64,000 bases of DNA from Amoebophrya sp. A120 (Eukaryota; Protista; Dinoflagellata), in NCBI GenBank assembly GCA_905178155.1, contig CAJINV010000005.1, positions 7,742,989-7,806,988 on the forward strand. The letters run 5' to 3'. The notes beneath the pieces were generated by a model that was given only the letters and a program-made list of their open reading frames with translations, was not told the DNA's origin and did not search any database. Below are positions 51,901 through 60,900 of this stretch, piece by piece. Within the stretch, counting starts at the first letter, position 1. Every line of letters starts with the position of its first letter. The position numbers and the translations under genes were made by a program.

Positions 51901-54900
51901 TAGTGATTGCAATACAAATTCCCTCCGCATTAGAAGAAATGGAATTTGTAATGCGGATTTACCGTAACATCTGGATTTGTAATGCATAACTGCAAACAGT
52001 ACGAGTCCGATGCTTTTGCATTGCATATATCGGCCAAATTCGCGGCGTCCCGAATTCCCGCCCAGCCGCCCCAGCTTATCAAATGCAAATATGTCTGGGT
52101 CTTGTCATGCAGCTTTTGCATGACCCATGAGGTCTGTGATGCATGCCCTAGCAACAGAGATTCTGCGAGGGCTTTCTGATGCTCCTACCGCATGAGAAAT
52201 GCCCTCCCCGCGTAGCACAAATTGCACCTCTTTTGCTGTTCATGCAATATAGATTTTCTGTAGAGTCCCAAAGCAGCATGACAAGTTGCATCCTTCCAGA
52301 TCCAGACATATTTGCATTAGATACAGCTCTTGCCCTCACAATGGCCCTTGGGAGCCGAGTGGCCGCATATGACCTGCAAAAGTATCGTACTCGTAGTCAT
52401 GCATTTCTTAAGGTAAATCCGCATTACAAATTTCATTTCTCATGCTGTAATGCTAAATCATATATACGAGTGCGGTACTTTTGCAATTCATACTGCACTT
52501 CATCAAACAGCATTTCTGCTCGTCGGCCGAGTTGTAGCCGCCCACGCAGCGATTTTTGCCGCAGTGCCCCGCGTTCGTATCAAAAGTAAAAATGTCTGGG
52601 TCTGGTGGAAACTTGTGATGCTGGGTTGCGTCTCATGATGAGGCTACAATTGCTGGCTCAGCATGACAAGTTTCTGAGCTCCTAGGTGTTCTTGCCTATT
52701 CTGCATGACAAACTGCGCTTCTGCATCTTCACAGAAAAACGGAGCTCTTGGGTATTAACGTGCATGACAGATTTAAGAGTCATGCCAGACAAGCATGACA
52801 AACATTCTTCCAGACAAGAATTCTTCCAGACAAGAATTCTTCCTGACCCAGACATTTTTGCACTTGATAGTTCGGCTTCAATTGCAAGTTGCCGGAGCCA
52901 TTGCAGGCGTGGGCGTGGTATGAATTGCAAAAGTCTCGTACTCGTATTGCAGTCATGCATTACAAGTCTTTTTCTTAAGGTAAATCCGCATTACAAATTT
53001 GGTTAACAGACCAGAATCTCAACGTTCTTGTCTCAACGTTCATGAGGCCGACGGGCAATCGTCTCAACGATTGCCCGGCGGCCCCAAACAACGCTCGTCG
53101 GCAGCGGCGGAGAGGTACGCCAGCCGGCCGGCCGGGGAGGTCGGCCGGCCGGCCAGCGGCGGAGAGGTCGTCGTCGTCGGCCAGGGCAGCCGCCGCCGGC
53201 CGGCCGGCCGGCGGCGGCTGCCCTGGCCAGCGACCAGAACCCCAAACCCTAGACCCTAATCCCTAACCTAAACGGTGCCGAAGTTGAGGCGTCGGTGTCA
53301 ACGTTGGGGCGTTTTGTCTCAACGTTGAGACAAATTGGCGTGGTTGAGATTTTGGTTTGTCAACCAATTTTATTATTTCTCATGCTGAGGAAATTTGTAA
53401 TGCATTGATACGAGTACGATACTTTTGCAATGCATACGTGGTTGCAGGTCTCCCGGCACCCGTCTATTTTCACTTCGTCGTTGGGGCCCAGACACCGGTA
53501 CACCGCGCCCGCGGAGTTCCCGCCGATTGAAACGCTGGTCTGCCCCGTGCCTCATATGGAGCTCCCAAACGCTACATTCTCAACTGTTACATGTACTTAC
53601 ATGAGTTTGTATGTAATGCAAGAATGGCAAAAGTGAAAGGGGGAAGCAGCTTGCGCCTTTTGCATTACAAGTTTGACGCCGATCCAAAAGTTATCTAGCT
53701 CGTCGAGAACTTGTCATGCGAAGCAGCTTGATGATGTAGATATCGATGGAGATTTTGCATGACAAATCAGGTAACAGGGGAGAATGTAACGCTTGAGAAT
53801 CCCATATCGCAGCGGAGCATGTTGTTGTTCCTCGTCCAGCCTGCGTTGTTGTCCGGCCGGGCGTCAGCAAGCAGGTCCTTCCAGTTCGCGAGCTCCATGG
53901 ATTTTCCCGGTATTGCAAGGAAAAATCCACCCTCCCCACATTGAAAGCGCATCCGTCTGAAAATTTGCGCCGCAGATTTCTGTCTTGCAAGAGGGCAAAC
54001 GTAGAGAATCCGCCGCGTTATGCAGGCACTCTGTCATGCTGTAAGGCCTACAGGGCAGACGTCTGCCATGCGAGACACCTACACCAAAAGGCCCCTGCCT
54101 AGGCCTACGATCTGCGTGCAGTCCTGTACCGCAAGACAGGTTTGATTTCTGTACACAGATTGCGCATCACAGATTTCCGTTTTGATGTGGGGAGGGGAAG
54201 TTTTTCCTTTTGATACCCGGTAGCGAGTAGCCGTACCGGGTGTTCCAGCTGATGCCTCCCCCACTCTGCGTGGAGGACCGTATGGATTGCAAATATGTCC
54301 GGGTCTCGAAACTTGTAATGCTGAACGGTCATGATTGAGTGCGCCTGTAAGTGCAGTGAAGCATGACAAATTTTTCGAACGCTTTCTCATGCGCAGCACG
54401 CATTACAAACTGCGATTTTGCATGAAAAAAACGGGATGCGTTTGCTCTTGACTTGCTGCTTATGCAATACAGATTTTCCAGGAGTGCGAGACATGCAATA
54501 CAGGATCAACCTTTCGTTCCAGACCAAGACAAATTTGCACTGGATAGACCACGGCGCGGAGCAACCCTTATCGCAACACGTGCTTACGTCGACACCGTAT
54601 GAAAGCCTCAGAACGGAAATCCTCAAAGTGGAAATAATTTGTGATGCATGAAATGCAAGGCAAAAAAGAGTGTATTGCAGAGGACACAACGGAGACCGAC
54701 TGTTGTCCTGCTAGGGGTGAAGAATTGGAATGCTGCTTAGCACGAGAGAAGGGCACCCCTTTGCCTTAATCTGCATGACAGACATGCTTTAAGGGCCCGG
54801 TAGATTTGTCATGCGCCGACTACACATGGCGTCTGAACTGGAATCGCTTTTTTGCATTACAAATTATTTCCACTTTGAGGATTTCCAACCTGAGGGCTTC

Positions 54901-57900
54901 ATACACCGTTCGCGCCGGGTCCGTAGCCGCAGTTGAACCCCGCGCAAAGAACCTTATGGATTGTAAAAATGTCTGGGTCTGGAAGGTTGGAACTTGTAAT
55001 GCTAACTTTCCACACCTAGAAAATCTGTATTGCATAACCGACAAAAGTCGCAGCCTCTTTTGTCATGCAAAAACGCAGTTTCTCATGCGGATTGCCTATG
55101 AGAAAGCGTTTTGGAAAGTTGTCATGCCGGACTGCATTCGGAAGTGTTTTCATCATGCACATTTTAGCATCACAAGTTTCCAGACCCAGACCTTTTTGCA
55201 TTTCTTTGATAAATCTTTGCGTCGCCGTGTTTCAGGAAGTGCTGCCGCTCATTGGAACTCCCGAATTTTTGTTTGTTGCATATGCAATACAAATTTGCCG
55301 TACATGTTGTACAGGATGCATCACAAACTTGAACCTCCCCAATTTGATGAACGAGCGTTGCTAAACTAGGATCGAAGCCAAGTTTTGTCACGCAGAGACC
55401 GCATTGCTAGTACGTGTACGGGAAATTTACGTGTGGATATTGCACCAGGACATGGTACAGGTCTGTCGGCAACACGCGGCCGCATCCCCAGGCACCGTGC
55501 TCAAGTTGCAGTCGTCCCCGTTGCTCTCACATTCCGCCCCATCGTTCCCGGAACGCTGTACTCGGCCCGTGCCACATGTGGAATTATCAAACAGTACGTT
55601 GCTAGCTGTTGCGCGAATTCGTGATGCAAGGATAGCAAAAGCACAAGGGAGAGCTTGATCTTGATGCGCGTCTCGCATCACAAATTCGGCACATATTTTC
55701 ATGCTGATTGGCCCCTCGAGGATTTTCCATGTGGAGTAGGTTGATCGTGTGGCGGCTCATGGTATTTTCGCACGACAAATAATCAACACGCAACAGCAAA
55801 CAATGTAACGTTCAAGAGTAGTCCCATACCACAGGACCCGATGTTTGGAAACGTGCACTTTTTTTTGCAGCACCTCTTGTGGTCTTCCGTATTCTTGTTG
55901 CACTTGTTGGTCAAACAATAGTTCGATGGGTCTGTGCGAATCACGTACTGACTCTGGAGATTGGCGTATGCGAGTACACAATTTTTCCCCCTCACTAGTA
56001 CTATAGCATGAACAGCAACACAAGCAGTGGCGCAAATGTCGTTTTGGCATGACAAATCTAGCGCGCGGACTGTGTGTACTAGTGCGCTTTATCGAGCGGC
56101 TCCGAGAACTTGTCATGCATGTGGTGCCATCATCATCATCATCATTTAGTGGACACCCGCACCCAGCGCCACAGGGCAAGGATCCCCTCCCCGGGGGGTG
56201 GGCGAGGAAGCACTTTCGGCGACCTCATCATACAAAAGCCGAGCGCTACCACAGCAAGTGCCAAAAGGCACGGAGTGGATTTGGTATTTTTCATGACAAA
56301 TGAGGGGGAGAGGAAGTTGTGCCCTCTCATAGCTCGTCGTCCGTGCAGAATGCCGTGGTCATCTCGCTGCATTTCTCCCGGCAGTCCGTATTGCGAATTT
56401 CCAACCGGCCGCCGGGCGACGGGCACTTGTAGACCGGGGAGGTCATCTGCACGTGCGTGTCTGTGTTACATACCAGGTACTGAGAAGTCTTCCAATTATT
56501 GTCCCCGGGGAAAGCGCCGTCGCTTCCCTGCTATGAATTGCAAAAGCATCGTACTAGTAGTAATCGCATCACAAATTTGCTCAGCCTGACAAATGGAATT
56601 TGTCATGCTGATTTACCTTGAAAAAGAGATTTGTTCTGCATACATGCGATTACTACGAGCTGTACGATACTTTCTGCACAGCATACCTGCTCTCGCAGTT
56701 TACTTCCGTCAATCTCGTACCCATGCAAATCGCTTGGGTCGTGGGCGCACTTGCGAACACAGCAGGCGCATCAACTGCGAATGTGTCTGGGTCTGGAAGA
56801 GTGCCAGACTTGTCATGCAGGTTTTCCATGACCCATGAGGTCTGGTATGTAGGACATAGCATGACAGATTCTGTGAGAGCTCTATCATGCCTATCCTGCA
56901 TGAGAACAAACTGCCTCTCGATTAGGTCAAAAGTGGACAGCTGCTTTTGGCAATCATGCAACACAGATTTTTACATGATTCAGATCTAGCATGACAAGAT
57001 GCTTTGTTCCAGACCCAGACATTTTTGCATTTGATAAGGTGTCAAAATCTACATGCTTGAGGCACCGGTTATAGCTGCACACTGATGAAGCAGTCTTGGT
57101 CTCTATCCTGAGTAAAAATGTCCCCACACCTGAGTCAAGATGGGAAATCTGCTAGACAAATCAACCAGCTTTGGTTGCTTGGCATGACAAGTTTGTCCCC
57201 GTAGTGTCATCCTCTTTAGCTAGTTCCGAAGCATCACAGATCTAGCATATCATGCAGATTCTAGCATCACAAATTCCAAAACAAGATTAGAAAATGCTTC
57301 TCATATAATAGCTCCGCAAGCGAAACTTTTTTGGCATGCAGGTTTGCATGACAACTTTAGGGTGTTTTATGTACTGGAAAAGACCAAAATTAAAGCACAG
57401 AGAAGTGGGGACGTTTTTACTGAGAATAGTCGGAAAATCCGAATCCGTACCGCAGATCCCGGGGTCCCGCGCCGAACCCGCGCTACACTTCTCCACACAC
57501 GTTTGCGGATCCAAAAGCAGCGGTTGCGGTTGGTTGCTCCCGCTGCATTTTACTTTCCTATTCGTGCCCTTGTTTTCGTGCGTGGCGGAATTGCACCAGA
57601 GCATGTTGGTCGGAACGTTTTGGTAAGTAGATACGCCTGGATAGCCCAGCGTGGCGTGCTGTCCTGAGTAAAAACGTCCCAACCCCGAAGTTCGAAGATG
57701 AGAAATCCGCAACACAAACCCCAGAGCTTTGGGAGTCGCGCATGACAGGTTCCTGTCTGCAGTCTAGCGGTGCTCAGCAAGGACAGCCGCATCACAAAGA
57801 CGCAGAAGTCAAAGTCTTATCCTGTTATAGAGGATCACAAATGCCAGAACACTACTAGAAGAAATGCCTCTCACGGGGATGCGCATCTCAAGTGTTGCAG

Positions 57901-60900
57901 TAGTTGCAAATCTGCATCACAACTCTGGGGTGCGGATGCTTTTACACCGGACACGTGCTCCCGAAGAACCAGCCAGTTGTTGCCAGCGACTTGAAAACCG
58001 TAGCTGTTTGTAGACGACGGGTCACTGCAACCTATGAACTGCACAAGTATGGTATCGCATTCGTATAAATGCATTACAAATTTCCTCAGCATGAGAGAAT
58101 GAATTTGTAATGCTGATTTGCCTTGACAACGAAATTTGTAATGCAAGATTTGCATTCATACGAGTACGATACTTTTGCACAGGATACATCCCTGCACGCA
58201 ACAGTTCTCACGCTCCTTCATCTGCAAAGCCTGGTAGCTATCCAAGAAAAATAAATGTTGTTAGTGTAAATTTGTGATGCGCAACATTCAAGCTGATTGC
58301 GTCTGTCATGCTTGGCATGCATCGTAGGGCTCCTTAGAGGGCGTTTTCGCGTAGTATCTGCGCATGACAGGTTTTTGCTGCCATGCGAGAGATATTTGTC
58401 ATGCTAATCCTCCAAGAAAGTTACACCTACAGTCGTGTTTTTTTCTTGCATAGTAGCCGCACGGCTCGTAGTAGCAACGGATCGAGGCCGCGGTGTCCTT
58501 CCGCACCCAACCAGTCCCCCAGATTATGCAGTGCAAATATGTCTGGGTCTGGAAGCTTGTGATGCTAAAGTATGGATGAGTCTGGTGCTTTCAAGTGCAA
58601 CCAAGCATGACAAGTTTAGTTGACGTCGTCTGATGCGTAGCACGCATGACAAACAGCGCTTTTGCATGACAAAAAAAGTGGCGCTATTGCTGGCCATGCA
58701 ATACTGATTTTTCAGGAATGTAAGACACGCAACACAAGTTCCACTTTTGCAGACCCAGACATATTTGCATTCGATACAGATCGCGGAGTTGCAATTGACG
58801 GTGTCGCAGAAACCGTGATTGTCTTCGCAGCAAAGCCGCTTGTTGCTGCGGTCCCACCAGTTAGTAATCGAGTTGTACCAATCTTTCACCGCATCGCTGG
58901 GAAACCTCGTCACGCCCTGCGGAGCATTGCCCGTCCCGAGGCAGCCCTGCGTGAGGCAGGTCAACTGGTTCGCATTCGGCTTTAAATGCTGTTTCGACGG
59001 CGTAAACAAGTCGCGCCCACACACCGCCTCGTCGTCCGAGCACTTGCCGCAGTTCGAAAAGTCGTCTCGCTTCTCCTCTACTGTGGTTGAGGCCTGGAGC
59101 ACATCGATATTGTCCTTGTTACTTTCGCTCAGCACCCCCAACGACGAACCACAGTCCAGGTACCAGGTACCCCGATAAGGATCCTTCATGATCTGCTTGT
59201 ACCGCGTCCGTGTACTGACCTGCACCCCGCACCCAGAGGTCCACCCCGTCCAGTATGGCGTTCTCAACTGTTACACTATCAACTGTTACATGAATGTGTG
59301 ATGCAAGAATGGCAAAAGTCAAAGCAGGGAGGTTCTTGCACCTGTAGCATTACAAATTTGGCACAGGTTATTTAGGTGCTGTTTTTTTAGCCTTTCAAAA
59401 ATTTGTCATGCGAAGTAGCTTCACCTTGTGGATGTTGATGTTCGTTTTGCATGACAAATCGTGTAACAGCTGAGGATGTAACGTTTGAGAGTCCCATATC
59501 CAGCTCGTCCATTTGCACACACAGGTCGGAAAACTGCAGGACGCCGTGGTATGAGCAAAATGGGCATACTCCCAGTATGGCGTTCTCAAATGTTACATTC
59601 TCAACTCGTACATGGTTTGTCATGTTGGAAGGCTAAGGGCTGGGCGTCCCCTCGTAAATTAATTCGACAAACAGTAGCCTTCGGTCCTTCGGTGTGGCAC
59701 CGCGCAAGCACGAATACCGGCGGAATGGTGACGACCATAAGGGTCAGGCCTCATAACCGGTAAACTCTAGAAGAAATTATTGGACAACGCGATTTCTATC
59801 GAAAGACAAGCACAACAGCATCTGGGACGGCCGCGACGACAGCTGTGTGGATATCTGGATAGAAATAGCCCTGTGCAAAAACTTTTCCTAGCACCGAGGG
59901 ATTAAAAGAAAAGTAAAAAAAAACGATGAAAAACAGCAACTAAGACACAGCCCCACCTACGTCGAAAAAATCACCCTAAAAGGTGGTAGCACCAGTAATA
60001 TCAGTAAAGGTGTCCTGAACACGAGAGTGTGCGGGTGAAGACAATACCCTAGGACTAGCATGCAAAAGGCCAACGAAACCGGACGTGGAGACAGTCCGAA
60101 CAACAGCACCAGGGCGGGCCTGGGCGGAAAATGCATGACAAACACCGGAAGCAGAAACAGATCATGACAAGGAAAGGCCATAATGATACTAAAGGTGGCA
60201 CCAGGGTGGAAACATAAATGTTGGTCTTGTTCGTCTCCTTGGTCTCGTTCCCACAGCCCCAGTAAAAGCTGTTACATGGTTTGTCATGCAGAATAATTTC
60301 CATCATAATTAATCGACGCGATCAAGCTACTTCGCATGACAAACTGCCGAAATGCCAAACAGGCTTACAATCTGTGCCAAATCTGTCATGCAAGATGCGG
60401 AGGGTCACGGCTTTCATTGAGCTGGGCGCCTCAGATGAAAAAAGTCTTCCGAATTTCTTCCAATTTTTTGAGATTTTTTTTTACAAAAAAAATTTGCAAT
60501 TTTTCGCTTTGCTTTGCATTAGGAGAAAGGTTGCGACTCACGTCGTCCGGTGAATTTCTAAGGCGGCTTCGCCTTCCCACCTCCTCTGTTGAGTCGAAGC
60601 TGTGTGGTATGCTGCATCGATGCCATTCCAAGTGGTATGGTGGACTCGTGAAACACTCACCAAAGCAAGCATCAACTTTTCCTCACAAAAAGTGCTCATT
60701 TTTGGAAGCCAAAAGTGACCACTTTTGAGCTTCCAAAAAAGTCTCTTGCTTTTCCTCCTCGATTTCGCCTTCCGACCTTGCATACCCAAAAAAAAAGTCT
60801 AGAAAAAAGTCTCCTCTCCCACTTATATTCTCAATTATTGCGGGTCTTTTTCGGTTTCACCTTTCAGAAAATCGAGAGACTTTTTTTTTGAGGTAAAAAT

